A stretch of DNA of 64,000 nt from Bdellovibrionota bacterium (lineage in GTDB: Bacteria; Bdellovibrionota; UBA1018; CAIPTA01; JAALKR01), in assembly GCA_965207455.1 (NCBI GenBank), contig CBDBMJ010000001.1, positions 222,644-286,643 of the forward strand, read 5' to 3'. The notes under the pieces were generated by a model that was not told where the DNA came from, did not search any database, and was given only the letters and a program-made list of their open reading frames with translations. Each line of letters opens with the position of its first letter. The stretch's first letter is position 1. Below are positions 37,615 through 51,330 of the stretch, in pieces. A program made the position numbers and the translations under genes.

Positions 37615-38805
37615 TTATTCTAAAATTTCTGTCACTAAGCCGGCGCCCACTGTTCTGCCGCCTTCTCGTACAGCAAAGCGTAGTTCCTTGTTCATTGCCA
37701 CAGGTACTAATAACTCCACTTCAAATTGGGTATTATCTCCAGGCATAACCATCTCCACATCTTTGGGTAATTGTACGGATCCAGTAACGTCTGTGGTTCG
37801 GAAATAAAATTGTGGACGGTAGCCGTTAAAGAACGGAGTGTGTCTTCCACCCTCTTCTTTCGAGAGTATATATACCTCAGCTTTGAATTTCTTGTGGGGT
37901 TTAATGGAACCGGGTGCAGCCAGAACTTGTCCACGTTCCACGTCCTCCCGTTTTGTTCCTCTAAGTAAGGCTCCTATGTTGTCTCCCGCACGACCCTCGT
38001 CCAAAAGCTTACGAAACATTTCCACACCCGTAACGATGGTTTTTGTGGTGTCTTTAATTCCCACGATTTCCACCTCTCCACCTACTTTTATAATTCCTTG
38101 CTCCACACGACCCGTTGCCACAGTTCCCCTACCTGAAATGGAGAACACATCCTCCACAGGCATAAGGAATGGTTTGTCGATTTCACGCTTGGGCTCTGCA
38201 ATAGTGCTGTCCACGGCTTCCATTAATTTTTCAATGGCAGGGGCACCAAGCTCAGAGGTGTCTCCCTCTAAGGCCTTGAGGGCAGAACCTATGATGATAG
38301 GAATTTTGTCGCCGGGAAATTCATAGCTGGAAAGCAGTTCCCGCACTTCCATTTCCACGAGCTCTAGAAGTTCTTTGTCGTCCACCATGTCTGCCTTATT
38401 TAAAAAGACCACAAGGGCAGGAACTCCCACCTGACGAGCCAAAAGGATATGCTCCCTTGTCTGAGGCATGGGACCGTCGGCAGCGCTCACCACTAGAATG
38501 CCACCATCCATTTGGGCAGCTCCCGTAATCATATTTTTCACATAGTCGGCGTGGCCTGGACAGTCTACGTGGGCGTAGTGGCGATTGCTTGTTTCATATT
38601 CCACGTGGGCTGTGTTGATGGTAATTCCACGAGCCTTTTCCTCAGGTGCAGAGTCGATATCCGCATAGTCCCGAAACACACCCCCTTGCTTGGCCGACAA
38701 TATTTTTGTAATTGCCGCTGTTAGGGTTGTTTTTCCATGGTCGACGTGACCAATTGTTCCGATGTTTAAGTGGGGTTTTGTCCGCTTAAATTTTTCTTTT
38801 GCCAT
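37615..38805 (-). CDS. tuf: Elongation factor Tu
   Basis: [18 protein letters not shown] and NKAD GTPase motifs. 396 aa. Confidence 0.99.
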   Translation of the reverse strand: MAKEKFKRTKPHLNIGTIGHVDHGKTTLTAAITKILSAKQGGVFRDYADIDSAPEEKARGITINTAHVEYETSNRHYAHVDCPGHADYVKNMITGAAQMDGGILVVSAADGPMPQTREHILLARQVGVPALVVFLNKADMVDDKELLELVEMEVRELLSSYEFPGDKIPIIIGSALKALEGDTSELGAPAIEKLMEAVDSTIAEPKREIDKPFLMPVEDVFSISGRGTVATGRVEQGIIKVGGEVEIVGIKDTTKTIVTGVEMFRKLLDEGRAGDNIGALLRGTKREDVERGQVLAAPGSIKPHKKFKAEVYILSKEEGGRHTPFFNGYRPQFYFRTTDVTGSVQLPKDVEMVMPGDNTQFEVELLVPVAMNKELRFAVREGGRTVGAGLVTEILE

Positions 38806-38825
38806 TTATTTTTTCTCCTTCATCA

Positions 38826-40913
38826 TTAATCTTCTCTTCCAGTTATCTTAAAACGTATTTTCTTTGCAATCGCTGGTGCCACCATATCATAGCATGATGG
38901 CATCATTGAGTAACTAGCCCTTCCTTGGCTCATTGATCTCAGGTCTGTAGCATACCCGAACATTCCCTTTAAGGGAACTTTTCCGCGAATAATTTGCCCA
39001 TTTGCATGGGGAATTATCTCTAAAATCTTGCCTCGTCGCCCGCTAAGGTCGCTAACTATCTCCCCCATATAGTTCTCTGGGGTGGATATCTCGCATTTCA
39101 TAATCGGCTCCAGTAAAACGGGGCTAGCCGCCTCACAGGATTGTTGAAATGCTAGGGCAGAAACGATTTTAAAGGCTATTTCAGAAGAATCCTCTTCTCG
39201 AAATTTCCCGTTCACAACAGCCACATGGATGTCTACCACAGGAAACCCCGCAAAGACACCTGAGTCTAGCACTTCTACCACGCCATGCCTGATAGAATCA
39301 ATAAATTTTTGAGGCCAAAGCTTAGGGGAGAGTCGATTTTCAAAGGAAAAACCCGATCCTCGCTCCTTAGGGGAAACCTCCATAGTACAAGAGGCATAGT
39401 GGTTTTTTCCCGCAATAAGGCGTTCAATGGAAACCTGCTTTTTAGCAGGGGCACTAATGCTCTCCCGGTAGGAAACCTGAGGACTGCCCATATTCGCCTC
39501 CACTCGAAACTCTCTGGATAGGCGGTCTTTGAGAATTTCTAGGTGAAGCTCTCCCATGCCACTCACAATGGTTTGCCCCGTTTCTTTGTCTTGGTGCATA
39601 CGAAAGGTGGGATCCTCTACAGACAAAATCTCTAATGATTTCAATAGCTTATTTCTATTTTCTGTGGTTTTGGATTCAATGGCCATGGAGATGACTGGAT
39701 CAGGAGCCGTGATGGATTCCAGTAGGATGGGCTTTTTTTCTGAGCACAGGGTGTCTCCTGTGCGTGTGGCTTGAAATCCCACAACAGCGGCAATATCACC
39801 GGCGCATACTTCTTTTAAATCCTCCCGACGGTTGGCATGCATTTGTAACAGGCGACCCACTCGCTCCCTTTTCTTTTTTGTGGCGTTATAGATGGTTTTG
39901 CCCACCTCTAGCTTTCCGCTATAGACTCGAATAAAGGTGAGTATGCCTGAGAAGGAATCATGGACGATTTTAAATGCGAGTGCACTGAAGGGTTCATTCT
40001 GATCGGGAGCAAATTTCACATCTTTGTCCTGATTTTTTTCGTCTTTGCCTATGATCGAGCCTTTGTCTATAGGGGAGGGTAGGTAGGCAACAATAGCATC
40101 GAGTAGGCTTTGCACACCTATATTTTTGAACGAGGAACCACAGAAAACGGGAATAATTTTTCCTTGGGTAACAGCTCGTCTAATAGCAGTTTCCAACTCT
40201 TCGGTGCTAATCACCTTTTCTTCCAGAAATTTCTCCAATAAATCTTCATCGATTTCGCTAATGGCTTCCACAAGCTTGTCTCTAGCTTCCTGGGATTTTT
40301 CTTGGAAGTCTTTGGGAATTTCTTTCTCTTCAAATTGCATACCTTTGGATTCCACATTCCAGCAGAAGGCTCGCATGTGTATTAAGTCGATGACTCCAGT
40401 AAAGGAATCCTCTGCGCCGATGGGAAGTTGTAGGGGAACGGCATTGGCTTGGAGGCGTTTCCTAAGAGTGTTAACTACTCGTTCAAAATCCGCGCCCACC
40501 CGGTCCATTTTATTGATGTATATCAACCGGGGTACTTTATAATAATTGGCCTGGTTCCACACAGTTTCACTTTGTGGTTCCACGCCGCCCACAGCACAGA
40601 AAATAGCCACCAGCCCATCGAGAACTCGCATTGTGCGCTCCACTTCGATGGTGAAATCCACATGTCCCGGGGTATCGATAATATTAATTTTATGGTCTTT
40701 CCAAAAACAACTGGTGGCCGCTGAGGTGATGGTAATTCCCCGTTCCTGCTCCTGAGGCATCCAGTCCATTACGGCAGTGCCCTCATGGACTTCGCCCAGT
40801 CGATGGATTCGGTTGGTGTAGAAGAGGACGCGCTCTGTGGTGGTGGTTTTACCCGCATCTATATGGGCGGCAAATCCCATGTTACGCATATTTTGAAGTT
40901 GAGTTCTGGCCAT
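38826..40913 (-). CDS. fusA: Elongation factor G
   Basis: [20 protein letters not shown] and NKMD motifs. 695 aa. Confidence 0.98.
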   Translation of the reverse strand: MARTQLQNMRNMGFAAHIDAGKTTTTERVLFYTNRIHRLGEVHEGTAVMDWMPQEQERGITITSAATSCFWKDHKINIIDTPGHVDFTIEVERTMRVLDGLVAIFCAVGGVEPQSETVWNQANYYKVPRLIYINKMDRVGADFERVVNTLRKRLQANAVPLQLPIGAEDSFTGVIDLIHMRAFCWNVESKGMQFEEKEIPKDFQEKSQEARDKLVEAISEIDEDLLEKFLEEKVISTEELETAIRRAVTQGKIIPVFCGSSFKNIGVQSLLDAIVAYLPSPIDKGSIIGKDEKNQDKDVKFAPDQNEPFSALAFKIVHDSFSGILTFIRVYSGKLEVGKTIYNATKKKRERVGRLLQMHANRREDLKEVCAGDIAAVVGFQATRTGDTLCSEKKPILLESITAPDPVISMAIESKTTENRNKLLKSLEILSVEDPTFRMHQDKETGQTIVSGMGELHLEILKDRLSREFRVEANMGSPQVSYRESISAPAKKQVSIERLIAGKNHYASCTMEVSPKERGSGFSFENRLSPKLWPQKFIDSIRHGVVEVLDSGVFAGFPVVDIHVAVVNGKFREEDSSEIAFKIVSALAFQQSCEAASPVLLEPIMKCEISTPENYMGEIVSDLSGRRGKILEIIPHANGQIIRGKVPLKGMFGYATDLRSMSQGRASYSMMPSCYDMVAPAIAKKIRFKITGRED

Positions 40914-40966
40914 TCATCGCAGGCAGTTGGAAAAAATCCCTTACCTGTCTCCTTGTGGTTTCGTTT

Positions 40967-41434
40967 CTAAAATCTAAAGTGGGAGAACGCTTTGTTTGCA
41001 TCTGCCATACGGTGCACATCCTCTCGTTTTTTCATAGCGCCACCGCGCTGGTTATAGGCATCTACTAATTCTCCGGCTAGTCTTTCCATCATGTTTTTTT
41101 CACTTCGTGCCCTAGAGGCTTCAATAATCCAGCGAAAGGAAAGGGCACCTCGACGTTGGGGACGCACCTCACAGGGAACTTGGTAGTTGGCTCCCCCCAC
41201 ACGACGGCTCTTTACTTCCACCTGCGGCTTCACATTTTCAATGGCTTTTTTAAAAATCTTTAACGGTTCTTCTTCCAGTTTGGCTTGGGCAATGTCCAGA
41301 GCGCCATAGATGATTTTCTCTGCGATGGACTTTTTTCCGTCTTTCATGAGTATATTCACAAACTTTGCTACAAGGACTTCCTTGTATTTGGGATCAGGCA
41401 GGATTGCTCTTGGCTGGTGTGCTTTTCTACCCAT
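40967..41434 (-). CDS. rpsG: 30S ribosomal protein S7
   Basis: [16 protein letters not shown]...[16 protein letters not shown]. Confidence 0.97.
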   Translation of the reverse strand: MGRKAHQPRAILPDPKYKEVLVAKFVNILMKDGKKSIAEKIIYGALDIAQAKLEEEPLKIFKKAIENVKPQVEVKSRRVGGANYQVPCEVRPQRRGALSFRWIIEASRARSEKNMMERLAGELVDAYNQRGGAMKKREDVHRMADANKAFSHFRF

Positions 41435-41455
41435 GGTCTAGTCCGTTTCTTTTTA

Positions 41456-41836
41456 TCATTTTGATTTCGACACTCGCTTGGTTCCGTATTTAGAGCGGCC
41501 TTGTTTTCGGTTAGCCACACCTTGGGCATCGAGCACTCCACGGATGGTATGGTAGCGGACACCGGGAAGGTCTTTTACTCGCCCTCCGCGGATTAAAACG
41601 ATGGAGTGTTCCTGTAGGTTGTGACCTACCCCAGGGATATAGCTGGTTACTTCAAAATTATTGGCTAGGCGAACTCGGCAAACTTTCCGTAGGGCAGAGT
41701 TGGGTTTTTTCGGTGTGGTGGTGTATACGCGAGTGCAAACTCCTCGTTTTTGGGGGGATTTTTTTAATGCTGGGGAGTTGGTTTTCACCACCTTGGATCG
41801 TCTCCCTTTTCGCACAAGTTGATTAATTGTTGGCAT
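41456..41836 (-). CDS. rpsL: 30S ribosomal protein S12
   Basis: The ATG at 41836 gives [12 protein letters not shown]...[11 protein letters not shown]. The track start at 41866 adds 10 atypical residues. Confidence 0.96.
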   Translation of the reverse strand: MPTINQLVRKGRRSKVVKTNSPALKKSPQKRGVCTRVYTTTPKKPNSALRKVCRVRLANNFEVTSYIPGVGHNLQEHSIVLIRGGRVKDLPGVRYHTIRGVLDAQGVANRKQGRSKYGTKRVSKSK

Positions 41837-41913
41837 ATACTTCTTTCCTAACCACTCATATAGCAAGCCTATACTCTAAAGGCAAGTGGTTATAGCCTCC
41901 AGCAGGAGGAGGG

Positions 41914-44900
41914 TTATTGGTGGGTGGACTGTAAAATAGCACTATGCTGTATACTCTCCATTTCTTCTTCTATATCATCTTCTTCTAAATCTTCTGCATC
42001 ATCCACATCTATCATATAATTCTTGTACTTGAGGAGGCCTGTACCGGCTGGTATCAGTCGTCCCATGATGACGTTTTCCTTGAGCCCTTTTAGGTGATCG
42101 ATTTTTCCAGAAAGGGCAGCCTCGGTGAGTACTTTAGTGGTTTCTTGGAAGGAAGAGGCTGAGATAAAGCTCTTTGTGGATAGTGAGGCCTTGGTAATTC
42201 CCAATAAAACGGGTTCGTATGTGGCAGGAACGCCTCCCTCGGCTTGGATTTTACTATTTTCCTCTCGTAGGACTCTACGGTCCACATTCTCTCCGGGGGT
42301 GAATTGGCTATCTCCATTATCGAGTATCTTCACTTTGCGTAGCATTTGGGCTGCAATTACTTCCACATGTTTGTCATTAATTTTCACTCCCTGTAGGCGG
42401 TAGACTTCTTGGACCTGATCCACTAGGTAGCGGGCGAGGGCTTCCACGCCTTTTACTTTTAAAATGTCGTGGGGATCGATGGGACCGTCCATAAGGGGGT
42501 CGCCTGCGCGTACATAGTCGCCTTCGTTGACGGTTAGGTGTCGTCCCCTTTGTATGAGTTTTTCCACGGGCTTTTGTTTCGAGTCTTTTTCTGGGGTGAT
42601 AATTAACTTACGCTTGCCCTTGGTATCCTTACCAAAGCTAATGGTTCCTTCCACGTCTGCAATAACAGCAGCATCTCTAGGGCACCTGGCTTCAAACAAC
42701 TCGGCCACACGGGGGAGACCACCTGTGATGTCCGTTGTTTTCGACGTCTCTCGATAGATTTTTGCTATCACATTTCCTGCCTGTATGTCCTCGCCGGATT
42801 GAATGGGCACGTGGGCACCCACGGGGAGTAGGTAGGTAGCTTTTCGGGAAGAGTCTGGAATGTCCAGTACGTCTCCTTTTTTGTCGCAAATTAATATTTT
42901 AGGTCGCTGGCTGGTTTGAGACTCAATGACCACTTGGTGGGCAAGACCTGTAACGGAATCGAACTTCCTTTGTATGGTTACGTTTTCAATGACATCTTCA
43001 AATTGTATTTTTCCTGAAACTTCAGCCAGTATGGGAACAGTATACGGATCCCATTCGGCGATGAGTTGACCCAGTTTTACCTCTTGATTATCTTCCACTA
43101 GAAGTTTTGCTCCATAGATAACGGGGAATTTTTCTCGCTCTCGCCCGTCGGCACTCAAAATTAATACCTCACCTTGGCGGTTCATGGCTATTTTCTTACC
43201 CTCTTCCTGACTGGGTATGGCCACGAGGTTAGAAAACTTAATTCGTCCCTTCACCTTCGCTTCCAAAGTTGCCTGTTCCACTTTGCGGCTTGCTGTACCT
43301 CCGATATGGAATGTTCTCATGGTGAGCTGAGTTCCCGGCTCTCCAATGGACTGGGCTGCAATTACTCCCACGGTTTCTCCAATATTGGTCATTTTTCCTC
43401 GGCTCAGATCCCTGCCATAGCATTTTATACAAACACCAGAGACGGAATTACATTTTAGGGCAGAGCGAATTTTTACTTGGTCAATTCCAGTTTTTTCAAA
43501 CATATCCACAATGGATTCTGTGATCTCTATACCACCTGTGCAGATTTTTTCTCCCGTAATGGGGTCGTTTAGATCGCCTTGTAATACTCGACCAAGAACC
43601 CGGTCGCCCATTTTTCCGATAATCTCGCCACCTTCAATCATGGCTCCAACAACAATGCCTTCTTGAGTTCCGCAGTCGTCTTCTGTAACAATCATGTCTT
43701 GGGCCACGTCCACAAGTCGTCGGGTTAGGTACCCTGAGTTTGCTGTTTTTAGGGCTGTATCCGCTAGTCCCTTACGAGCTCCGTGGGTGGAGATAAAGTA
43801 TTGGAGTACGGACAAACCTTCCCGGAAGTTTGCCAAAATAGGAGTATCGATGATTTCTCCCGATGGTTTGGCCATGAGTCCGCGCATTCCAGCTAACTGA
43901 CGAATTTGAGCACTAGAACCTCGGGCTCCAGAGTCTGCCATCATGTGGATGGGATTAAAGCTTGGTCCTTTTTCCACTTTTCCTGAGGAAGATGTAAATT
44001 CTTGGGTGCCGATTTTTTTCATGAGTGCTGCGGCTACTTTGTCTGCTGTTTGCGCCCAAATATCAATAATCTTATTATAGCGCTCTCCCTCGGTTATGAG
44101 ACCTTCAATGTACTGGCTTTCAATCTCTTGAACTTGGCGCATTCCATCGTTGGTGAGTGTTTCTTTTTCTGGGGGAATACTCATGTCGTGTACTGATATG
44201 GAGATTCCTGTTTTCATGGCTTGCTTAAATCCTGTGGACATGAGGGCATCCACTAGGAGAACGGTGGCTTTGTTCCCTGCGGTTCGGAAGCACGTGTCGA
44301 TTAGTTCTATTAAGCTTTTTTTATCCAGGGCTTTGTTGTAGGAAGCGAAGGGGATTTTTTCGGGTATAATTTGGCTTACGATGGCTCGACCAACGGTGGT
44401 GTCGTATATCTTATTATGAATTCGACACTTAACGCGAGCATGTAGCGACGCTTTTTCCATGGCATGTGCGTACTCCGCTTCACGGGGAGAGGAAAAGATT
44501 AAGCCCTCACCTTTGCAGAACGGACGATCCCTGGTCATACTATACAGTCCAAGCACAATATCTTGTGATGGAACCACAATGGGTTGTCCGCTAGCTGGGG
44601 ATAAAATATTATTGGTGGACATCATCAGCACCCGTGCCTCAATTTGTGCTTCGAGAGAAAGGGGTATATGGACGGCCATTTGGTCTCCGTCGAAGTCCGC
44701 ATTAAAAGCGGCACAGACAAGGGGATGGAGTTGAATGGCTTTTCCTTCTGTGAGTTTTGGTTCAAAGGCTTGAATGCCTAGGCGGTGGAGAGTGGGTGCC
44801 CGGTTGAGCATTACGGGGTGCTCTTGCACGATTTCTTCCAGTATGTCCCAAACCTCAGGGCGTTCTTTTTCCACCATTTTTTTCGCACTTTTAATGGTGG

Positions 44901-46071
44901 TTACATATCCCTGCTCTGAGAGTTTATTGTAGATAAAGGGTTTGAAAAGTTCCAGTGCCATTGCTTTCGGCAGTCCACATTGGTGGAGCTTTAATTCTGG
45001 ACCTACGATAATTACGGAACGTCCTGAGTAGTCCACCCGTTTTCCTAGAAGATTTTGACGGAAGCGACCCTGTTTTCCTCTCAGCATATCTGAGAAAGAA
45101 CGCAAAGGGCGTTTATTGGGGCCGGTAAAAGTTTTTCCCCTACGTCCATTATCATAGAGAGCGTCCACTGCTTCCTGGAGCATGCGTTTTTCATTTTGTA
45201 CGATAACATCTGGTGCGCTTAGTTCTATTAGTCGTCGCAGGCGATTGTTTCGGTTAATTACTCGTCGGTATAGATCGTTGAGATCGGAGGTGGCAAATCG
45301 ACCGCCTTCCAAAGGAACAAGGGGACGGAGTTCTGGTGGAATCACGGGAATTCTAGTGAGCATCATCCACTCGGGCTTATTGTTGGAGCCATTGATGGAT
45401 TTTAATACCTTTAGGGACTTTAGGAGTTTAGTTCGATGGGTTTCAGATATACTTGTTTTTAATTCTCGCTGAACTTCTCGCATGGAAATTTCCACGTCTG
45501 TTTTCTTCAAGAGTTCCAGAATGGCTTCTCCACCAATTCCCGCTCTAAAGTTTTTTCCTTCCTCAACTAACTCATGGTATTGCTCTTCTGTAAGGATATT
45601 CTTTTCCTCTAGGGCTGTTTCTCCCGGATCGAGCACAATATAGGCTTCACAGTAGAGCACGCTTTCCACTTCTTTGAGTGTTAGGGCAAGTATGGCACTG
45701 ATTCGACTGGGCAGGGAACGTAGGAACCAGATATGGGCCACGGGTGTGGCAAGGTCGATATGACCCATGCGATCCCGGCGCACTTTCGATTGGGTTACCT
45801 CTACTCCGCATTTTTCACAAATCACGCCTCTGTATTTCATTCGCTTATATTTTCCGCATAAGCATTCATAGTCTTTTATGGGGCCAAAGATTTTTGCGCA
45901 GAAAAGACCATCTCTTTCTGGCTTAAAGGTACGGTAGTTGATAGTTTCCGGTTTTTTCACTTCTCCGTGGGACCACTGAAGCACCATATCTGCGCTTGCT
46001 ATAGAGATTTTAATCGCCGTAAAATTTAACGGATCTTTTGGTTTATCAAAAAAATTTAATAAGTCTTTCAC
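41914..46071 (-). CDS. rpoC: DNA-directed RNA polymerase beta' subunit
   Basis: [23 protein letters not shown] zinc motif and the NADFDGDQM catalytic motif. 1385 aa. Confidence 0.99.
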   Translation of the reverse strand: MKDLLNFFDKPKDPLNFTAIKISIASADMVLQWSHGEVKKPETINYRTFKPERDGLFCAKIFGPIKDYECLCGKYKRMKYRGVICEKCGVEVTQSKVRRDRMGHIDLATPVAHIWFLRSLPSRISAILALTLKEVESVLYCEAYIVLDPGETALEEKNILTEEQYHELVEEGKNFRAGIGGEAILELLKKTDVEISMREVQRELKTSISETHRTKLLKSLKVLKSINGSNNKPEWMMLTRIPVIPPELRPLVPLEGGRFATSDLNDLYRRVINRNNRLRRLIELSAPDVIVQNEKRMLQEAVDALYDNGRRGKTFTGPNKRPLRSFSDMLRGKQGRFRQNLLGKRVDYSGRSVIIVGPELKLHQCGLPKAMALELFKPFIYNKLSEQGYVTTIKSAKKMVEKERPEVWDILEEIVQEHPVMLNRAPTLHRLGIQAFEPKLTEGKAIQLHPLVCAAFNADFDGDQMAVHIPLSLEAQIEARVLMMSTNNILSPASGQPIVVPSQDIVLGLYSMTRDRPFCKGEGLIFSSPREAEYAHAMEKASLHARVKCRIHNKIYDTTVGRAIVSQIIPEKIPFASYNKALDKKSLIELIDTCFRTAGNKATVLLVDALMSTGFKQAMKTGISISVHDMSIPPEKETLTNDGMRQVQEIESQYIEGLITEGERYNKIIDIWAQTADKVAAALMKKIGTQEFTSSSGKVEKGPSFNPIHMMADSGARGSSAQIRQLAGMRGLMAKPSGEIIDTPILANFREGLSVLQYFISTHGARKGLADTALKTANSGYLTRRLVDVAQDMIVTEDDCGTQEGIVVGAMIEGGEIIGKMGDRVLGRVLQGDLNDPITGEKICTGGIEITESIVDMFEKTGIDQVKIRSALKCNSVSGVCIKCYGRDLSRGKMTNIGETVGVIAAQSIGEPGTQLTMRTFHIGGTASRKVEQATLEAKVKGRIKFSNLVAIPSQEEGKKIAMNRQGEVLILSADGREREKFPVIYGAKLLVEDNQEVKLGQLIAEWDPYTVPILAEVSGKIQFEDVIENVTIQRKFDSVTGLAHQVVIESQTSQRPKILICDKKGDVLDIPDSSRKATYLLPVGAHVPIQSGEDIQAGNVIAKIYRETSKTTDITGGLPRVAELFEARCPRDAAVIADVEGTISFGKDTKGKRKLIITPEKDSKQKPVEKLIQRGRHLTVNEGDYVRAGDPLMDGPIDPHDILKVKGVEALARYLVDQVQEVYRLQGVKINDKHVEVIAAQMLRKVKILDNGDSQFTPGENVDRRVLREENSKIQAEGGVPATYEPVLLGITKASLSTKSFISASSFQETTKVLTEAALSGKIDHLKGLKENVIMGRLIPAGTGLLKYKNYMIDVDDAEDLEEDDIEEEMESIQHSAILQSTHQ

Positions 46072-46117
46072 TTTCGACCTCCATTCATTTCGTTATATCT
46101 ATTTTCTAAAATAATAT

Positions 46118-49100
46118 TCATTCCTGGTTATTCTCTATGAGTTCCACATTTAAGGAGAGGGACTGTAGTTCTTTGGTTAATACGTTAAAGGATTCGGGCA
46201 GTCCAGGTTCCAGAATCCTTTCTCCTTTTACGATGGCTTCATACATGCGATTTCTGCCGGTTACATCGTCGGATTTCACCGTTAGAAACTCCTGGAGTGT
46301 GTAGGCTGCGCCATAGGCTTCCAGTGCCCAAACTTCCATTTCTCCCAGTCGCTGACCACCCAGTTGGGCTTTTCCGCCCAAGGGTTGTTGGGTGACTAGG
46401 GAGTAGGGACCAATGCTCCTTGCATGAATTTTCTCGTCCACCAAGTGGTGGAGTTTTAGTATATACATTACGCCCACGGTTACATCTCTGGCGAATACTT
46501 CTCCAGTGGATCCGTCAAAGAGTATGTATCGACTATCTTCGGGTAGTTCGGCTATCTTGAGGAGGCGATTGATATCATCCTCTGTTGCGCTGTCGAAGAT
46601 GGGCGTGGAAACATGCAGTCCATTTTTCATGTTCTGTACAATTCGTTTCAATTCATCCGTGGATGCAGCATCTATATATTTATCCACCTCTGGGCTGGAA
46701 TAGACTTCTTTAATCACGTCCCGCAATTTTTGTTGGGGGCAATTTTCAGCGAGCATTTGATTTAATCTTTTTCCTACTCCTAGGCAAGCGCCACCCAGCA
46801 TGAGTTCCAGAAGTTGACCAATGTTCATTCTGCTGGGAACGCCCAATGGATTTAGGACCATGTCCACAGGTGTGCCATTGGATAGATAGGGCATGTCTTC
46901 AGGGGGAACGATTTTAGATATTACGCCTTTATTTCCGTGTCTTCCTGCCATCTTGTCGCCCACTTGGATTCTTCGCTTAATGGCCAAAGAAATATGGATC
47001 ATTTTAATAATACCGGGGGCTAACTCGTCACCACGCTTTAAACGATCCACCCTTTCTTCAAAAACAGATCGAACCACGTCCAGTTTTTTACGTGCCATTT
47101 GTACTAGCTTGGTCACCTTATCCTCTAGGGCCTGTTGTAGGGGAATGAAAGCGAGTAATTCAAATTGAATGGAGTCTAACTGTTCTGCCGTAATAGTCTC
47201 TCCCTTTTCCATGAGTACTTTGGAGCCATCATTGGAGAGGAGGTCTCCCGTTGTTTTTTGACCAACCAGTATTTTTTTAAGCTCTTTAAGGGTGTCCTCC
47301 TTAATAACTTTTGCCTCTATGGTTTCGTCTCTTTTTAGAGCAGTTACCTGATCGGCTAGAATTTTTTCTGTTCGCTCGTTGGAGTCCGTGCCTTCCCGTG
47401 CAAAAATTTGTGCTCCAATGACAGTTCCTGAAATTCCAGAGGGAACTCTGAGGGAAGTATCCAGCACGTCGCCGGCTTTTTCTCCAAATATTGCTCGTAA
47501 TAATTTTTCTTCGGGAGAGAGTTGAGTTTCCCCTTTGGGTGTTATTTTACCCACTAAAATATCCCCTGTTTTTACTTCTGCTCCAATACGAACAATTCCG
47601 CTGGAGTCTAAGTCCTTTAAGGCGTCCTCGCCCACATTGGGAATATCCCGGGTAATTTCTTCTTTTCCTAATTTTGTGTCTCTTGCAACACATTCTAACT
47701 CTTGAATGTGAATCGAGGTAAAGGTTTCGTTATGGATTAAGTTTTCATTGATGAGGATAGAATCCTCAAAGTTGTATCCATTCCAAGGCATCAGAGCCAC
47801 AACGATGTTTTGTCCAAGGGCTAATTCTCCCCGTTCCGTGGCTGGTCCATCGGCAATCACATCTCCTTCTTTTACTTTTTGCCCTAGGCGAACCCGGGGT
47901 TGTTGTAGCCAGCAAGTGTCTTGATTGGAGCGTTGGTATTTAATTAAATTATAGTTATCTAAGCCGGAAGTATCTTTGGCTGGCTTATCCCGTTTGATGG
48001 CAACTCTACCACCGTCCACACAAAATACGGTTCCATTATGCTTGGCCAGCACAATGGCACCTGAATCCCTTGCCACACTTCTTTCCACCCCTGTTCCCAC
48101 TAGAGGGGAATGGGATTTAATAAGAGGAACGGCTTGGCGTTGCATGTTGGAACCCATGAGGGCACGGTTAGCGTCGTCGTGTTCCAGAAATGGAATGAGG
48201 GAAGCACCAATGGAGGCTAGCTGGTTAGGCGATACGTCCATGAGTTCCACTTCTTCCGAGGGAACAAGGGCAAACTCTCCCTTTCTTCGGGCAGATACAA
48301 TATCATTTTTCCCTAAACTCTTTTCTTCTATAATCTTAGAATCCGCCTGAGCAATAACTTTATTTTCTTCCTCAGTGGCAGAGAAGTATTTAATCTTGTC
48401 TGTAAGATTACCGTTTTCTACTATTCGGTAGGGAGTTTCTATAAAGCCATATTCATTTACATGGGCGTAGGCAGACAAAGAGGCAATTAAACCAATATTT
48501 GGTCCTTCGGGAGTTTCCACGGGACATATTCGTCCATAGTGGGTGGCGTGGACATCCCGCACTTCAAAGCCAGCTCTTTCTCTCGTCAATCCACCCGGAC
48601 CTAAGGCAGAGAGCCTTCGTTTATGGGTAATCTCGGACAGAGGGTTTGTTTGGTCCATGAACTGAGATAACTGGGAAGAGCCAAAAAATTCCTTTACCAC
48701 TGCACTGACTGGTTTTTGATTAATAAGATCGTGGGGCATGAGGGTTGCTATTTCTTGTAGTGCCATTCGCTCCTTAATGGCACGCTCCATGCGTACTAAG
48801 CCAATACGGTATTGGTTTTCCAAGAGTTCTCCAACGGCGCGTACACGACGGTTACCCAAGTGATCAATATCGTCGATCACGCCAATGCCGTTGTTTAAGT
48901 CGCATAGGTAGCGGACCGTTTCCAGTATGTCTTCTTTTTTGAGTACAGAAAGGTCCGACGGAATATTATTGTGGGGAAATTTATAGTTTAGCTTGAGGCG
49001 ACCCACAGCGGACAGATCATAGCGTTCCTCGTTGAAAAACATATTTTTAAACAGAACCTGAGCAGCTTCAATCGTTGGAGGATCCCCAGGACGCATTCTT

Positions 49101-50236
49101 TTATAAATTTCAATGAGAGCCTCTTCTTGGGAGTTGATTTTGTCGGTGGCCAGGGTATCTCGCATAAAGGTACCCACAGTTAAGAGGTTGGTGAAAATAA
49201 CTTTAATGCGTTTAAAGGATTCTTTTAGGGTGACTAGCACTTCTTCCGTAATTTCAGTATTGGCCTCAGCAAGAATCTCTCCAGTGCTTTCATCGATATG
49301 GTCTGTTGCAAGGAACTTGCCCATAAGGTGTTCTTCTTCGATTAACATTTCCTTGATGCCACTTTTTTTAATTTTTTCCATTACCACTTTTGTAAACTTC
49401 CGGTTTTTCTTTATTAAAACCTCTTTGGTTTTGGGGTCTACAATATCTATTTCAGCACGTTGGGCAGCTAGTAGGTCTAGGTTCAACTCCCTAAAGATGC
49501 CTTCTGCTTTAAAGGTGTAGTTTTCAGCTTTGTAGAAATAAGCCAGTATGGCCTCTTCCGACATTCCAAGAGCGCGCAGTATGGCCGTGGCAGGCAGTTT
49601 TCTTTTTCTATCAATACGAACCCATAGTAGGTCTTTGTGGTCGAAATCAAAATCAAGCCAAGATCCCCGGTGGGGGATAATGCGTGCATTGTAGAGTAAT
49701 TTTCCACTGGAGTGGGTCTTTCCGTGGTCATGGTCGAAGATTACCCCTGGGCTTCTGTGTAGCTGGGATACAATTACCCGTTCCGTTCCGTTGACAATAA
49801 AGGAACCAGAGTTAGTCATTAAGGGAATGGACCCCATATAGACTTCTTGTTCTTTAATATCTCGAATGGTGCGATCTTCTCCCTCTGCCGCTCCCTCTGC
49901 CACTGGATCATAAACCACAAGGCGAACCGTAATCTTTAGGGGAGCAGCGTATGTCATTCCCCGTTGACGGCACTCAGCCTCGGTGTACTTAGACTCCTCA
50001 AAAGTATAGGAATCGAATTCTAGGGAAGCAATTTTTGTAAAATCGCTAATGGGAAATACAGACGTAAAAACCGACTGGAGACCCACATTTTTACGTTCCT
50101 CTCGCTTAACATCCATTTGCAGAAAAGAGCTGTAGGACATCTTCTGCAACTCTATGAGATTGGGAATCTTAACCGCTTCCTTTATTTTAGCATAGGATCG
50201 TCGAGTGCAAGTGTTGTCTGTAAATAAAGAACTCAT
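46118..50236 (-). CDS. rpoB: DNA-directed RNA polymerase beta subunit
   Basis: [32 protein letters not shown] (rif region) and [10 protein letters not shown]. 1372 aa. Confidence 0.99.
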   Translation of the reverse strand: MSSLFTDNTCTRRSYAKIKEAVKIPNLIELQKMSYSSFLQMDVKREERKNVGLQSVFTSVFPISDFTKIASLEFDSYTFEESKYTEAECRQRGMTYAAPLKITVRLVVYDPVAEGAAEGEDRTIRDIKEQEVYMGSIPLMTNSGSFIVNGTERVIVSQLHRSPGVIFDHDHGKTHSSGKLLYNARIIPHRGSWLDFDFDHKDLLWVRIDRKRKLPATAILRALGMSEEAILAYFYKAENYTFKAEGIFRELNLDLLAAQRAEIDIVDPKTKEVLIKKNRKFTKVVMEKIKKSGIKEMLIEEEHLMGKFLATDHIDESTGEILAEANTEITEEVLVTLKESFKRIKVIFTNLLTVGTFMRDTLATDKINSQEEALIEIYKRMRPGDPPTIEAAQVLFKNMFFNEERYDLSAVGRLKLNYKFPHNNIPSDLSVLKKEDILETVRYLCDLNNGIGVIDDIDHLGNRRVRAVGELLENQYRIGLVRMERAIKERMALQEIATLMPHDLINQKPVSAVVKEFFGSSQLSQFMDQTNPLSEITHKRRLSALGPGGLTRERAGFEVRDVHATHYGRICPVETPEGPNIGLIASLSAYAHVNEYGFIETPYRIVENGNLTDKIKYFSATEEENKVIAQADSKIIEEKSLGKNDIVSARRKGEFALVPSEEVELMDVSPNQLASIGASLIPFLEHDDANRALMGSNMQRQAVPLIKSHSPLVGTGVERSVARDSGAIVLAKHNGTVFCVDGGRVAIKRDKPAKDTSGLDNYNLIKYQRSNQDTCWLQQPRVRLGQKVKEGDVIADGPATERGELALGQNIVVALMPWNGYNFEDSILINENLIHNETFTSIHIQELECVARDTKLGKEEITRDIPNVGEDALKDLDSSGIVRIGAEVKTGDILVGKITPKGETQLSPEEKLLRAIFGEKAGDVLDTSLRVPSGISGTVIGAQIFAREGTDSNERTEKILADQVTALKRDETIEAKVIKEDTLKELKKILVGQKTTGDLLSNDGSKVLMEKGETITAEQLDSIQFELLAFIPLQQALEDKVTKLVQMARKKLDVVRSVFEERVDRLKRGDELAPGIIKMIHISLAIKRRIQVGDKMAGRHGNKGVISKIVPPEDMPYLSNGTPVDMVLNPLGVPSRMNIGQLLELMLGGACLGVGKRLNQMLAENCPQQKLRDVIKEVYSSPEVDKYIDAASTDELKRIVQNMKNGLHVSTPIFDSATEDDINRLLKIAELPEDSRYILFDGSTGEVFARDVTVGVMYILKLHHLVDEKIHARSIGPYSLVTQQPLGGKAQLGGQRLGEMEVWALEAYGAAYTLQEFLTVKSDDVTGRNRMYEAIVKGERILEPGLPESFNVLTKELQSLSLNVELIENNQE

Positions 50237-50294
50237 AGGTGGCCTCCTGTGTGGTTACATGTGCGTATGGACATATTATTCTTCCCCCCGGTAG

Positions 50295-50327
50295 AACAAA
50301 AAGCTGCAAGAAAGCTCTTCCAGCTTA
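50295..50327 (-). terminator. Candidate intrinsic attenuator between rplL and rpoB
   Basis: The - strand reads GCTGGAAGA-GCTT-TCTTGCAGC (8 bp plus one G.G mismatch, reverse complement of 50303-50324), followed by TTTTTGTT. Confidence 0.4.
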
Positions 50328-50383
50328 CGTTAAAAACTCTATGTGCAGCTTTCGATAAATACAAAAATCTAGTCCAGTTGAGG

Positions 50384-50764
50384 TTATTTAACTTCAACTG
50401 TTGCGCCTTGGGCTTCTAGCTTTTTCTTCATCTCTGCTGCGTCTTCTTTGGAGACACCGTCCTTTAAAGGCTTAGGTGCGGCCTCTACTAAATCTTTGGC
50501 TTCTTTTAACCCAAGACCAGTAATGGTACGAACCTCTTTAATAACGTTGATTTTCTTATCTCCTATTGCCGCAAGTATTACCGTAAATTCAGTTTTCTCT
50601 TCAGCCGCACCTGCCGCTGGAGCGCCTGCCGCTGCCATTGCCATTGGGGCTGCTGCAGAAACACCGAATTTCTCCTCTAACTCCTTTACTATTCCAGACA
50701 ATTCAAGAACCGACATTTTCTCGATTGTTGAAATAAGGTCTTCTTTATTCATTGCTGTTGCCAT
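50384..50764 (-). CDS. rplL: 50S ribosomal protein L7/L12
   Basis: Ala-rich hinge and C-terminal [40 protein letters not shown]. Confidence 0.97.
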   Translation of the reverse strand: MATAMNKEDLISTIEKMSVLELSGIVKELEEKFGVSAAAPMAMAAAGAPAAGAAEEKTEFTVILAAIGDKKINVIKEVRTITGLGLKEAKDLVEAAPKPLKDGVSKEDAAEMKKKLEAQGATVEVK

Positions 50765-50802
50765 TTTTATGCTCCTATTTTGTTTTGTTTATTGTTCATA
50801 TT

Positions 50803-51318
50803 CTAGCTTTCCTTCTTATCCGCGATTGCTTTTAATACACATACAAAATCACGTTGTACTCCGTTGAGTACACCGCAAAAACTTCGTATGGGACCGTTCA
50901 ATACTCCAAGTAATTGAGCGATTAAAACATCCCTTGGTGGAAGATCCGCTAATTGTTCTATTTCTGCCACTTGGATTACCCGGTCCTCTAAGAAACCATC
51001 TTTTAAGGAAAGAGCTTCCACAGTTTTAGAAAAAGTTTTTAAAATCTTTGCTTTTGCGGCCACATCGCCATAGCTGAAGAGTATGGCCGTGGGGCCTACT
51101 AAGTTCTCTACAGCTGCCGCTTTGGGGGTGTCCTTGAGTGCCACTCGCACAAGATTATTTTTCACTATTAAAAATTTTACGTCGTCGCCCCGGAGCTGTG
51201 TGCGTAGGTTGTTCATCTCGTTGGATGTTACACCTTTGTAGTCGGCTAACAGAACACCATTGGCTTTTTGGAAGGCTTCCTTTAAAAATTTTACTTGTTC
51301 TGCCTTTTGTTCTGTCAT
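50803..51318 (-). CDS. rplJ: 50S ribosomal protein L10
   Basis: LLADYKGVTSNEMNNLRTQLR. Lies between rplA and rplL. Confidence 0.94.
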   Translation of the reverse strand: MTEQKAEQVKFLKEAFQKANGVLLADYKGVTSNEMNNLRTQLRGDDVKFLIVKNNLVRVALKDTPKAAAVENLVGPTAILFSYGDVAAKAKILKTFSKTVEALSLKDGFLEDRVIQVAEIEQLADLPPRDVLIAQLLGVLNGPIRSFCGVLNGVQRDFVCVLKAIADKKES

Positions 51319-51330
51319 CCCTTTATTCTC

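Noticed and set aside
37589-50236. Many 60-160-aa ORFs on both strands inside tuf, fusA, rpoC and rpoB (for example 37838-38326, 40126-40542, 49113-49520).
   Set aside because: They are embedded in strongly conserved long genes and have no independent signals. These are typical shadow ORFs.
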